Shown: one piece after another, positions 18,679 through 27,142 of the stretch | Numbering within the stretch: the first letter of the stretch is position 1 | Layout of the letters: each line of letters starts with the position of its first letter | NCBI GenBank assembly: GCA_049584655.1 | Contig: JBAUYF010000027.1 | Span: 139,836-203,835 of the forward strand | DNA length: 64,000 nucleotides | Reading direction: 5' to 3' | Source of the DNA: Thermoplasmata archaeon | GTDB lineage: Archaea > Thermoplasmatota > Thermoplasmata > Lutacidiplasmatales > UBA184 | The notes under the pieces: model-generated | What the model saw: the letters and a program-made list of their open reading frames with translations, nothing else | Told to the model about the DNA's origin: nothing | Database searches by the model: none | Position numbers and translations under genes: made by a program

Positions 18679-20148
18679 CTATAATGCTCGCGCGAACTGG
18701 AGAGCCAGTTGCAGCAGGGTCGCCTCTCCGGGTTCCAGTCCTTGGGAATCCAGGTGGAGATGCGGCACAATCCCCGCGGAGCAGTTGGCGCTTGAATTCG
18801 TACTGAACCCCGTCACTGCGCCGGTAGTACCGTTCACGGTACCATTGACTTCCGTACCCAACCCCGTATTGCCGTTACAGGTGGTGTATTCTCCGATCCA
18901 AAAACCACCGTACGTGTAGTTGTAGTAGGTGCCCATGTACTCGTAGCTGTACGTGATGGTCGGGACCAAGAGCCAGTCCGCGCTCGCGCTTGAGTGGGCT
19001 GAGACGAAGGCCGACGCGTTCGTGTCGAAGTGGGTCGCAGCCTCGCTACTTCCGATGAAGGAGCCGGAAATCGTCGCGTTCTGGTAGACCGAGACGCAAC
19101 TCGGGCCGGAGATTTCTCCCAGGTTTGTTCCCACGCTATTGTAGACCAGGATGAGCTTAGCAGCGGGTGTAGGCGTAGCCGTGTACATGATGACAGCCCA
19201 GACCTCCATCGAGCCCCCACTGTAGGCGCCCGTGTAAGCCGGAATCGTGGGAGGCATAGTCCCTCCGGTAAGCGGACAGGTCGCGTTCGTTAGGTTTTGG
19301 TCCCACTCGCCGGGAGAAACTTGGGCGGTTACCGAGACGCCCACCGCAAATATCGGCGTATAGCCCGGCCCTGCGGTAGTGGCCGCAACCGGCTCCGCCT
19401 GGGAATACGTCGCGGTTCCGGGAGATCCGCCGCCTCCAGAGGAGGTGAAGGTAATGGTCTCCAAAGCCGCGGCGCCTGCCACCGTAACCGAGCCTGAACT
19501 CGGCGCGGCAGTGTAGCCCGTAACGGAACCTACGGTGTACGAAAAGGTCCCGTTCTTCTCGGTGAACAGGATGGTCGTGGTGGTAGAAGCGAGATGGGAG
19601 CCGTTCAGAGTGACCGACCAGCTGGTACCTGCCGTGAGTCCCGTTTCTGTATAGGTCACCGTGTAGGTTCCGGCGGCCAATACCGAGAACGCGATCGACT
19701 GAGCTTTGGCAGCACCTGCGACGGTGATGCTGCCCGAAACTGGAAGGGGAACATATCCGGCAGCTGACGCTGAGAACGTATACGTGCCATTCTTCTCCGA
19801 AAATACAATGGCTGTACTGGTCGAGGATTGCGTAGACCCGCCCAATGTTACGGACCACGATACCCCAGCGAACACACCCGCGCCCCCGGAAGGAAGTCCG
19901 GATTCGGTGAAAGTAACGTTGTAGCTTGGACCGCTCGGTCCGCTCGAGCTCGATCCTCCGATCTTGAAACCGGGGATCAATCCCGAGAACCCGAGCCCTA
20001 TGATCACGATAATGACCACTACGACCGCTACAATCGCCCCCTTCGCTCCGCCGGACATACCCTTCCGCGGGGGCGGGGGAGACGATGGAGGAGGCTGACC
20101 CATCGGCGCCGGAGGCGGAGTGTCAGCCGGAGTACCCGTGGTTGCCAT
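18679..20148 (-). CDS. type-II (N-terminal signal-anchor) cell-surface glycoprotein with tandem beta-sandwich repeats
   Basis: Cytoplasmic poly-Pro N-terminus (PPPAPMGQPPPSSPPPP), a single TM (IVAVVVVIIVIIGLGF), then a Ser/Thr/Gly-rich ectodomain with two repeats of about 95 aa (…SWSVTL.GS…EKNGT…SGS[IV]TVAGAA…) and at least 12 N-glycosylation sequons. Confidence 0.6.
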   Translation of the reverse strand: MATTGTPADTPPPAPMGQPPPSSPPPPRKGMSGGAKGAIVAVVVVIIVIIGLGFSGLIPGFKIGGSSSSGPSGPSYNVTFTESGLPSGGAGVFAGVSWSVTLGGSTQSSTSTAIVFSEKNGTYTFSASAAGYVPLPVSGSITVAGAAKAQSIAFSVLAAGTYTVTYTETGLTAGTSWSVTLNGSHLASTTTTILFTEKNGTFSYTVGSVTGYTAAPSSGSVTVAGAAALETITFTSSGGGGSPGTATYSQAEPVAATTAGPGYTPIFAVGVSVTAQVSPGEWDQNLTNATCPLTGGTMPPTIPAYTGAYSGGSMEVWAVIMYTATPTPAAKLILVYNSVGTNLGEISGPSCVSVYQNATISGSFIGSSEAATHFDTNASAFVSAHSSASADWLLVPTITYSYEYMGTYYNYTYGGFWIGEYTTCNGNTGLGTEVNGTVNGTTGAVTGFSTNSSANCSAGIVPHLHLDSQGLEPGEATLLQLALQFARAL

Positions 20149-20299
20149 AGAGACCGATGTCGGGGCAAAGGTGAGGTCCTACTTAACCCATCCTTTTTTT
20201 CTCAAAATCTGATGAAAAATATCGCTCGCGTCGATCACAATAGTTTCCTACCGGATCGTCCAGCGAGTGGATCTGATAGTCGAACCCGGTACTCACTCA

Positions 20300-20316
20300 C
20301 TTCTTTTATATAGAAG
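20300..20316 (+). promoter_or_regulatory. hsp20 promoter: TATA box inside the palindrome CTTCT-TTTATAT-AGAAG
   Basis: An AT-rich island in a 66% GC genome. The TATA box (20304-20312) lies about 40 nt upstream of the ATG at 20349. A GAGGTGA Shine-Dalgarno sits 5 nt before the ATG. The inverted repeat is a candidate heat-shock repressor site. Confidence 0.5.
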
Positions 20317-20348
20317 TGGAAAATTACTTATGTTGAAATAGAGGTGAC

Positions 20349-20832
20349 AATGTCGAACACTGCCATCGTAGAACTGCCCGCGCTAAGCCCATGGACCGAC
20401 CTCGACACCGTCTGGGACGAGCTCCGAAGCCACTTCTTCGACTCGTTCGGGTTCCTGCCGTTCCCGAACGTCTCCGAAGCGTCCGCGAAGGAACTCGCGC
20501 CGAGACCCCCCCGCACCGACATTCAGGATACCGGCGCCGCGTACAAGATCGTCGCGGAGATTCCGGGAATCCCGAAGGACCGCGTGGAGATCCGCGTGAA
20601 GGGCTCCCAAGTGGAGATACGGGCGGAGAACGAAACCACCACCGAATCCAAGGACCAACCGTTCGTTCACCGCGAACGCTCGTTCCGCGGATTCTACCGG
20701 AGTTTCGAACTCCCGGAACCCGTGGTCGGTTCCGAGGCTACGGCCCATCTCGACCAGGGTGTGCTGGAACTCTCGCTACCAAAGCGAAGTCCCACGCCGT
20801 CCCCGGAAGAGGTCAAGGTCGCGGTACAGTAA
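20349..20832 (+). CDS. Hsp20/alpha-crystallin family small heat-shock protein
   Basis: Alpha-crystallin domain (AYKIVAEIPGIPKDRVEIRVKGSQVEIRAE...ERSFRGFYRSFELPEPV...LDQGVLELSLPK). Confidence 0.9.
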
Positions 20833-20844
20833 GCCCAACCCAAT

Positions 20845-20890
20845 GGGCCGCAGGGACCAAACGGTCCCTTTCGGCCCTTCCCTTTTTTTT
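20845..20890 (+). terminator. hsp20 terminator: GGGCCG-cag-GGGACC-aaac-GGTCCC-ttt-CGGCCC hairpin followed by T8
   Basis: Nested perfect inverted repeats immediately 3' of hsp20, followed by an oligo-T run (20883-20890). This matches the archaeal hairpin plus T-tract terminator signal. Confidence 0.55.
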
Positions 20891-20911
20891 GCCTAATTGG
20901 CTTCGACCGGT

Positions 20912-21211
20912 TCAGCCGAATCCCGGTAGGGATTTCGTGTCCTTGCCGGTCCCGGGCCGCAACGGCGACTTACGGAGCTCTTTGGGAGTCTCCACGAGGC
21001 GAACGAGTGGTGCGGACTGCACGATGTAGGCGGGAAGTCCCGTGTTGGGATCGTTACCCGCCCTTAGAATATTCATGATCTCGAGACGGACCTCGATGAT
21101 TGAGCCGTCCTTCAACTTGAGGCGAACCTTCGCGTCGCCTTCGAGCACGGTGTAATCGACGATCTCGGCATTCGAAAGATCCGGGGGAGGCCCCCCGGGG
21201 CCGCCCATCAT
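20912..21211 (-). CDS. conserved hypothetical protein (about 99 aa), co-transcribed downstream of rpl11
   Basis: The ATG-ATG start abuts the L11 stop. Beta-rich sequence (EIVDYTVLEGDAKVRLKLKDGSIIEVRLEIMNIL). The ORF-track start at 21292 is over-extended into L11. Confidence 0.45.
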   Translation of the reverse strand: MMGGPGGPPPDLSNAEIVDYTVLEGDAKVRLKLKDGSIIEVRLEIMNILRAGNDPNTGLPAYIVQSAPLVRLVETPKELRKSPLRPGTGKDTKSLPGFG

Positions 21212-21684
21212 TTGGCGCCTCGTTCGGCGACCCGTTGCTTGAGCAAGGTGCGCGGGTCCTCGCCTCCGACCGTCAGGCCCATCGAAACGCACGTCCCGAT
21301 GACCTGATTCATCTTCTCTTCGATCGAGCGACCGAACAAGTCCGCACCCTTGGCCTCGGCGATCTGTTTCACTTGCTCCAGCGAGACATCCCCCAGCACC
21401 TCGGACTTCGCCTTGCCCGATCCCTTCTCCTTACCGGCTTCCTTGAGCAGTAACGCCGCGACGGGCGGTCGCCCCACGACCAGCGTGAACTGTCGGGTCG
21501 ACGGATTGACTTTGACGACGACCGGAACCCGCATCCCGGCGAATCCCTTCGTCTGTTCATTGATCGCCTGGACGACCTGGACTACGTTGACGCCGAGTGG
21601 GCCGAGCGCGGGGCCGAGCGGGGGCCCGGCGGTCGCCTTGCCGCCCTCGACCAGGACGCTCACCTCATCCGCCACTCTTGCCAC
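21208..21684 (-). CDS. rpl11: 50S ribosomal protein L11 (uL11)
   Basis: PPLGPALGPLGVNVVQVVQAINEQTK is the L11 signature. 158 aa. Confidence 0.9.
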   Translation of the reverse strand: MARVADEVSVLVEGGKATAGPPLGPALGPLGVNVVQVVQAINEQTKGFAGMRVPVVVKVNPSTRQFTLVVGRPPVAALLLKEAGKEKGSGKAKSEVLGDVSLEQVKQIAEAKGADLFGRSIEEKMNQVIGTCVSMGLTVGGEDPRTLLKQRVAERGAK

Positions 21685-22654
21685 CTCCCTTCTCGAGCAT
21701 GCGCACGTGATCGCCGCGGACCGTAACGGGGATCGGCACGACGGCTTCGATCAGTTCCACCGTGATCTCCTCCTTGCCTTGGTCGATCTTCTTCACACGG
21801 GCCTTCTCGCCCTTGAACGGACCCGCGATCAGCTCGACGATCGCGCCTTCGACAAACCCTTCAACCGTGATCTTAGGTACGAGGAGCGGTTCGACCTCTT
21901 TGAGCGTCGTCTCGCCCGCCACGAGTCCCCGCGCCTTGCGGATGCCTTTCAACATCTCGCGGACCCCTTCGAAACTCATTCCCTCCGCGAATACGTAGCC
22001 ACGCAACGCCGCCGGCACGAGGAGCGAAAAGACGACATCCGACTTCTCTTCCGTACGGGCGAGCAGCGTGTCGGCGACTTCGCGCTCGTAGCCACGGGAG
22101 GTCTTGATCGCCAGCACGGCCTGGCGAGCCACGCACGACAGGACGAGCTTCGCGGGCCGGCTCGTGTCGGGCCATTGGGCGCTGAGGCGAATCTCGACGC
22201 GATCTCCATAGCGCACCCCGACGGGGGCCGTGATCTGGAAAGAGAGTGGGACGCTGGCTCCGGGCATCAGTTCTACGGACGCCTTCGCGGTCCGGGCCAC
22301 GAGATCAGCAAACGAGCGCTTACCCGGCGGAAGCCAGGAGACCGGCCATTCGGCGCCCTCGCCGGGATAGGTCGACGTATAGGCGATCTCGATCGAGAGC
22401 GCGGCGCTCCCCGTTTCAGAGTGTCCGCTCGAAAGCACGGCGGATAGGGTCGTGAGCGTACCCGCCGTCACATCCCGGACGGTGTCGTCAGCGGCTTTGA
22501 GGGTCAACAATGCCGGCGCTTCCGGCGGAGGGCCGGGCTTGGTCGGAGCGGCGGGAATCACCGTTTGCGCGGCCATCGGCTGCGCCGGTTTCGGCGTCTC
22601 GACGGCTTCACCGCCGAGCAGTCCAATGCCATCCTCGTTGGGTTTGCCCGCCAT
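21665..22654 (-). CDS. spt5: transcription elongation factor Spt5 (archaeal NusG homologue) with an atypical 180-aa N-terminal extension
   Basis: The C-terminal 149 aa are a canonical NGN plus KOW (LAIKTSRGYEREVADTL...GPFKGEKARVKKID). The ORF starts 28 nt after secE and is continuous, with plausible non-Arg-rich composition across the extension (22115-22654). Confidence 0.8.
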   Translation of the reverse strand: MAGKPNEDGIGLLGGEAVETPKPAQPMAAQTVIPAAPTKPGPPPEAPALLTLKAADDTVRDVTAGTLTTLSAVLSSGHSETGSAALSIEIAYTSTYPGEGAEWPVSWLPPGKRSFADLVARTAKASVELMPGASVPLSFQITAPVGVRYGDRVEIRLSAQWPDTSRPAKLVLSCVARQAVLAIKTSRGYEREVADTLLARTEEKSDVVFSLLVPAALRGYVFAEGMSFEGVREMLKGIRKARGLVAGETTLKEVEPLLVPKITVEGFVEGAIVELIAGPFKGEKARVKKIDQGKEEITVELIEAVVPIPVTVRGDHVRMLEKGGGKSGG

Positions 22655-22682
22655 AGAACGCCCTCCGTCCGGAAACCGGCGA

Positions 22683-22916
22683 CTACAGATAGCCCCAGAT
22701 CCAAGGTCCGAGGACGGTAAAGAAAAGGTAAATCGAGAAGCCGACGAGGCCGATCAGGATTGCGCCCAACGCCGTGACTTCGAGCACCTTGACGTATTCG
22801 TCGGTGGTGGGCTTCCGCGCCATGCGCAGGATCCGGCCGTACCGGCCGTGCCCGACGGTACGGAGCCGGCCGTCGAACTGGTCCTGGATATGCTTCGCCC
22901 GGTCGAGGAATGCCAT
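22683..22916 (-). CDS. secE: protein translocase subunit SecE/Sec61-gamma
   Basis: 77-aa protein with ARKPTTDEYVKV and a single C-terminal TM. Conserved position between ftsZ and spt5. Confidence 0.8.
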   Translation of the reverse strand: MAFLDRAKHIQDQFDGRLRTVGHGRYGRILRMARKPTTDEYVKVLEVTALGAILIGLVGFSIYLFFTVLGPWIWGYL

Positions 22917-22925
22917 TGTTCAATC

Positions 22926-24050
22926 CTAGCGGACGATGTCCAGCTCCGGACCCGTCTTGCGGGCCGGCGCCGCAGCGCCCGTACCGGAACCGAAAATCTG
23001 AGGGGATTTAACTCCGGTGACCACGAGCATCACGCGGATCGTACTCTGCATCGTGGGATCGACCGCCGCGCCCCAGATGATCCGAGCCGTCGGCGAGATC
23101 GCGCGTTGCACGACCTCGGAGGCCTTCTGCGCTTCGCTGACGGTCATGTCCGGGCCGCCCGTGACATTGATGAGCGCTCCGGTCGCGCCGGCGATATCGA
23201 CCTTCAGGAGCGGGGAATTGATCGCTTCGAGAACCGCATCTTCTGCTCGATTATCGCTCTCGGATTCTCCGATCCCAATTAGGGCCACGCCGCCGCCCTT
23301 CATGATCGTTCGAAGATCGTTGAAGTCGAGATTGACGAGCCCGGGGCGGGTGATGATCTCCGTGATTCCTCGGATTGCGCGGGCGAGTACGGAGTCAGCG
23401 ACCTTGAACGCCGTTTGTATCGGTAGTCGCGGAACGAGCTCGAGGAGTCGATCGTTCGGGATGGTGATCACCGTGTCGACCGAGGCGCGCAAGCGCTCGA
23501 GGCCCTCGGCCGCGTTCTCGCCGCGCACCAAACCCTCGGAGGCGAACGGGAGCGTGCAGACGGCGATCGTGAGTGGGTTCCCGCCGTGTGCGTCTTTGGC
23601 GACCTGCGCGACGACCGGTGCGGAGCCGGTACCGGTTCCGCCGCCGAGACCGAGCGTAATGAACACCATGTCGGAGTCGGCGAGCGCCTTGCGCAACTCG
23701 TCTTCCGCTTCGTGGGCCGCTTGTTCCCCGACGGACGGGATCGCGCCGGCTCCCAGTCCACGCGTCAGGCGGCGACCCAAGAGAATCTTCTTCGGCGCGT
23801 GGATGGCGAGCAGATGTTGCGCGTCGGTATTGCAGGCGACCATGTCCGCGCCCGCGAGTCCTTCCTCCGCGAGACGGTTGATCGTGTTACATCCCCCTCC
23901 GCCACAACCGACGACTTTGATGTTCGTCTTGAGGGAGGCGAGCACCGCTTCGAGTTCGGCGTCGTCGTTCGTCGGAGGGGGCGGAGCCTCGGCTCCACGC
24001 TTCGGATCGCTCGGCAAATGGGACAAGATCTCTTGCGCGAGCGGTCGCAT
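22926..24050 (-). CDS. ftsZ: cell division GTPase FtsZ
   Basis: Tubulin signature [13 protein letters not shown] and GTP-binding motifs. The start is ambiguous: the first Met is at 24098, but the Met at 24050 ([14 protein letters not shown]) fits the upstream TATA better. Confidence 0.85.
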   Translation of the reverse strand: MRPLAQEILSHLPSDPKRGAEAPPPPTNDDAELEAVLASLKTNIKVVGCGGGGCNTINRLAEEGLAGADMVACNTDAQHLLAIHAPKKILLGRRLTRGLGAGAIPSVGEQAAHEAEDELRKALADSDMVFITLGLGGGTGTGSAPVVAQVAKDAHGGNPLTIAVCTLPFASEGLVRGENAAEGLERLRASVDTVITIPNDRLLELVPRLPIQTAFKVADSVLARAIRGITEIITRPGLVNLDFNDLRTIMKGGGVALIGIGESESDNRAEDAVLEAINSPLLKVDIAGATGALINVTGGPDMTVSEAQKASEVVQRAISPTARIIWGAAVDPTMQSTIRVMLVVTGVKSPQIFGSGTGAAAPARKTGPELDIVR

Positions 24051-24086
24051 GGATGAATTTCCTCGGAGCGGGGGAGCAGTAACCCG

Positions 24087-24095
24087 CTTATAAAG
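24087..24095. promoter_or_regulatory. shared TATA element CTTATAAAG between divergent ftsZ and mptE
   Basis: Near-palindromic TATA box. The centre lies about 33 nt upstream of the mptE GTG (24124), implying a leaderless mRNA, and about 41 nt upstream of ftsZ Met-17 on the opposite strand. Confidence 0.4.
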
Positions 24096-24123
24096 CATTA
24101 ATTCTGAATGGCGGCGGGTAGCC

Positions 24124-24849
24124 GTGGAGTACGCGGAGTGGGCTCCCTACTACGAGAAGATCCAGCAACAGTTTGGTTTTTCGTTCCCCCGCGAGGAAGC
24201 CGCCGCCGCCCGCCTCGTAGAGCTGCTCCCTGAGGCGGCGCGATCGCCGCCGTTGACGCGAATCGGACCTCGCCTCCGCGGACATGATGTAGTCGTCGTC
24301 GGGCTCGCACCCCGGGCCGGTCCCCCGCCGTTGTGGCGCCTGGCCTCCTCACGAGTGCCGCTCGCCGTTCTCGCCGCGGATGGAGCGGCTCGACCTTGCT
24401 TGGAAGCCGGGATCGTGCCGACCGCCATTGTAACGGATCTCGATGGACCGGTCGCTTCCGAGGTCTCGGCGAATGCGCGGGGGGCCTTGACGATCGTACA
24501 TGCTCACGGGGACAACATTCCCGCGCTCGAGGAGTGGGTCCCCCATTTCGCCGGTGAACTGGCCGGATCCTGGGCCGGTGCCCCGACTTCATCTCTCCTC
24601 GACGTGGGAGGTTTTACTGACGGGGATCGCGCCGCTTTCTTGGCGGCCCATCTCGGAGCTCGGCGCGTCTTGCTTTGGGGTTTCGACTTCAAGAATGTCG
24701 AAGAGATCGACGCCGTTACGGCCGATCTCAAACGGGCGAAGCTCGAGTGGGCCCGACAACTACTCGGAGTCTTGGCCGAGCGGTCCACGTCTCCCGTCCT
24801 GACGTGGGAGATCGATGGGACGCTGCATCCCTACGTCGGCGGCAAGTAA
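24124..24849 (+). CDS. mptE: 6-hydroxymethyl-7,8-dihydropterin pyrophosphokinase, archaeal MptE type (DUF115)
   Basis: Motifs IVTDLDG and HAHGDN. About 240 aa. GTG start. Confidence 0.65.
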   Translation: MEYAEWAPYYEKIQQQFGFSFPREEAAAARLVELLPEAARSPPLTRIGPRLRGHDVVVVGLAPRAGPPPLWRLASSRVPLAVLAADGAARPCLEAGIVPTAIVTDLDGPVASEVSANARGALTIVHAHGDNIPALEEWVPHFAGELAGSWAGAPTSSLLDVGGFTDGDRAAFLAAHLGARRVLLWGFDFKNVEEIDAVTADLKRAKLEWARQLLGVLAERSTSPVLTWEIDGTLHPYVGGK

Positions 24850-26588
24850 GTCGTGTCGACCAGGTAGATTGCCTGCTGGGCATTTTCGTAGATGAGGACG
24901 AACGGAGCCGACGAAAGCCAGGCGATGGCCGCCGCGCTCAGGGGCGGTGCGGCCCCTGTGGGATTCAGCGCGACGCCGGCGTACATCACCGCATCCACGG
25001 CTACGTAGGAGATGGGGTGAATTACCGAGGGTGACGGCGAACCTCGAAGCTCTGCGGCCGCCGCTGTCCAGTTGGATCCGGTGAAGAGTGCCGGAGTAGA
25101 ATCCCACGTGGCGTTATTCCCATCGAACCCAAAGATCATCGAGCTCAACCGATGGTCAGAAGCGACCGCGGCGTGGGAGGGCACATCGATCCCGACCCAC
25201 ATCCAGAGCGCCGCATCTTGGACCGTGAGACCTTCTTGAAAACCACCGAAGTCATTCTGCGGAGGATAGACGATCGCGGCATTCGCACCCAGGAGCAGGA
25301 CCACCGCGACGGCGCCCACCACGATCGCACGACGTCCGTACCGATCTCCCGCACGAGCCACCAAACGACCGATCCCAACGGCAAACAGCAGTCCGAGAGG
25401 AAGGAAGAGGTATTCGACGTGCCGTGCCGCCGGCACGATCTGACTGAAGTTGGCGTTCGCGAGGTAGGTCGAAATGATCAGCCAGCCTAACGCGGAAAAT
25501 CCCAGCGCGCCGAGCCACGTTAACGAGAACGGCGCCATCCGAGCGGGGGTTAGTACGCGTCGACTACCCGCTCCGAAGAGGGAGAGAGCGAGGATCGGCG
25601 CGAAAAACAAGATCGCCGCAACCGTGGTCGTCTGCGATGTGCCGGGGATGGGGATGAAGACCACCGCGAGCACTCCCCCGAATACGGCAGCCGCGATGAG
25701 AACGGCGTCACGCAGCACACTCCGATCCGTCGGGAGGCGGACCCACGGTCGGTCGGTTCTTCCAGATTGACGGCGAAGGGCGATCAATCCCCCGACGAGG
25801 GCGATCAGCGCCAACCCCGCCGCTTCGAAGCCGGCGAATCCAACGCCCGTGCTGGTGTGGACACCGGGAATGATGACTTTCGATACGAAGGTCGTCGTGC
25901 CGTAGAACCAGAACAGGAACAAGCCTGTGAGGAATGCGGCCAAGAACGCCAGTTCGCGCCTCGGGTAACGGCGGCTCCATAGCCCAGGTCTCCAAAGCTC
26001 CAGCAGAAGAATGCCACCGAGGGCGCTCACGACGAAGAAGTAACTGGAAAGATGGTGCGTCACAATGAGCGCCGCGCTCGTAAGGGAGAGCGGCACGTAC
26101 CAACGAAGATCGCGACGGCCTTCGACGAGCATCCAGAGCGCGGCCACCACGAGAAAGTCCCCGATCGACAGAGGGGCCGGGTGCGCGATCGAGAAGAGGC
26201 GCGGCATCGCGAGGCTCGAAATCGCCGCCGCGAGCAACGCGATCGTGTCCTGCGGAAAGAGACGCCGGAAGAGTAGGAATAGGGGGAACACCGAGAGCAC
26301 GGCGACGACGGGAATGACCACGATGAGTGCGGTGAGCGCATCTGTCCCGTACGCGCCGGCGGCGGCGCCGGAGAGTAGCAAGATCCCCGGGAAGTCGGGA
26401 TAGGCCGCTCCCCATCCCAGGTATCCACCCCCATGGGGGAGGTGACCCGTTGACAACAGCACCGCGGTGAGTCGATAATATTCGCCGGTGTCAGAACCGA
26501 AGAGCGCGTAACTGAACAACGGTTGCAACGCGAGGAACACCAAGAAGAACGCGAGCGAAAAGAGCCAAAGGAAAGTGGCGCGGCTCAT
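24831..26588 (-). CDS. polytopic membrane protein (about 13 TM) with C-terminal extracytoplasmic domain; putative glycosyltransferase of the GT39/ArnT-like fold
   Basis: 585 aa, many TM helices, and an Asp-containing first loop. The C-terminal 130 aa are soluble. Function inferred from topology only. Confidence 0.4.
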   Translation of the reverse strand: MSRATFLWLFSLAFFLVFLALQPLFSYALFGSDTGEYYRLTAVLLSTGHLPHGGGYLGWGAAYPDFPGILLLSGAAAGAYGTDALTALIVVIPVVAVLSVFPLFLLFRRLFPQDTIALLAAAISSLAMPRLFSIAHPAPLSIGDFLVVAALWMLVEGRRDLRWYVPLSLTSAALIVTHHLSSYFFVVSALGGILLLELWRPGLWSRRYPRRELAFLAAFLTGLFLFWFYGTTTFVSKVIIPGVHTSTGVGFAGFEAAGLALIALVGGLIALRRQSGRTDRPWVRLPTDRSVLRDAVLIAAAVFGGVLAVVFIPIPGTSQTTTVAAILFFAPILALSLFGAGSRRVLTPARMAPFSLTWLGALGFSALGWLIISTYLANANFSQIVPAARHVEYLFLPLGLLFAVGIGRLVARAGDRYGRRAIVVGAVAVVLLLGANAAIVYPPQNDFGGFQEGLTVQDAALWMWVGIDVPSHAAVASDHRLSSMIFGFDGNNATWDSTPALFTGSNWTAAAAELRGSPSPSVIHPISYVAVDAVMYAGVALNPTGAAPPLSAAAIAWLSSAPFVLIYENAQQAIYLVDTTYLPPT

Positions 26589-26752
26589 CGCCCTGGTCCG
26601 ATCGCTCTCGGGACCCTCATTCCCTTCGATTGGAGGGTATGGGCTTGCCCGTAAAGCGATGACCCCGGAACGGCGAGGCAGAAATCGAGCGGCGTTCTTC
26701 GGCAGTAGTCATAAATAGGGGGGGTTGGTGCGGCCGACGCGAGGACCCTTGA

Positions 26753-27112
26753 ATGCCAAGTAAGCCGAGCCGCGGAAAGGGGAGCAAACCCCACCGCTCG
26801 CCAGCGAAGCCGGTTCGCAAAGTCGCCGCGAAGAAACCGACTCCTAAGTCCGCACCGCATCGCCCGGCTCCCAAGGTGAAACCTGCTAAAGCGGTCAAAC
26901 CGAGGGCCGAGGCCGAGGTGGCGGAGATCGCCCCGCTTCCGCGCTCCCCGGATTCGCGTCGTCATGTGCTTTCCCTCTCATTCGTTCGCGACGGGGACGA
27001 GTTCATGGCCCGGCTCGAGACGGATGCGGGGCAGATCACCGAGCTCAAGAACCGGTTCCTAGATCAACTGCTCACCCTCGTCGCGAACGAACTCGAAGAC
27101 ATCCTCGAGTGA
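26753..27112 (+). CDS. small basic protein with histone-H1-like Lys/Pro/Ala-rich N-terminal tail and a conserved acidic C-terminal helical domain
   Basis: Residues 1-60 read PSKPSRGKGSKPHRSPAKPVRKVAAKKPTPKSAPHRPAPKVKPAKAVKPR (SPKK/AKP-type repeats). The C-terminus reads HVLSLSFVRDGDEFMARLETDAGQITELKNRFLDQLLTLVANELEDILE. A TATA-like CATAAATAG lies about 45 nt upstream. Confidence 0.5.
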   Translation: MPSKPSRGKGSKPHRSPAKPVRKVAAKKPTPKSAPHRPAPKVKPAKAVKPRAEAEVAEIAPLPRSPDSRRHVLSLSFVRDGDEFMARLETDAGQITELKNRFLDQLLTLVANELEDILE

Positions 27113-27142
27113 GCGAGCGAGCCGAACCCGGGGCTTGGGCGC

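Noticed and set aside
20200-20270. Possible C/D-box sRNA (CTGATGA … CTGA) in the hsp20 upstream spacer
   Set aside because: There are no D'/C' boxes and no terminal stem for a k-turn. The C-to-D spacing of about 57 nt is atypical. The region is better explained as promoter DNA.
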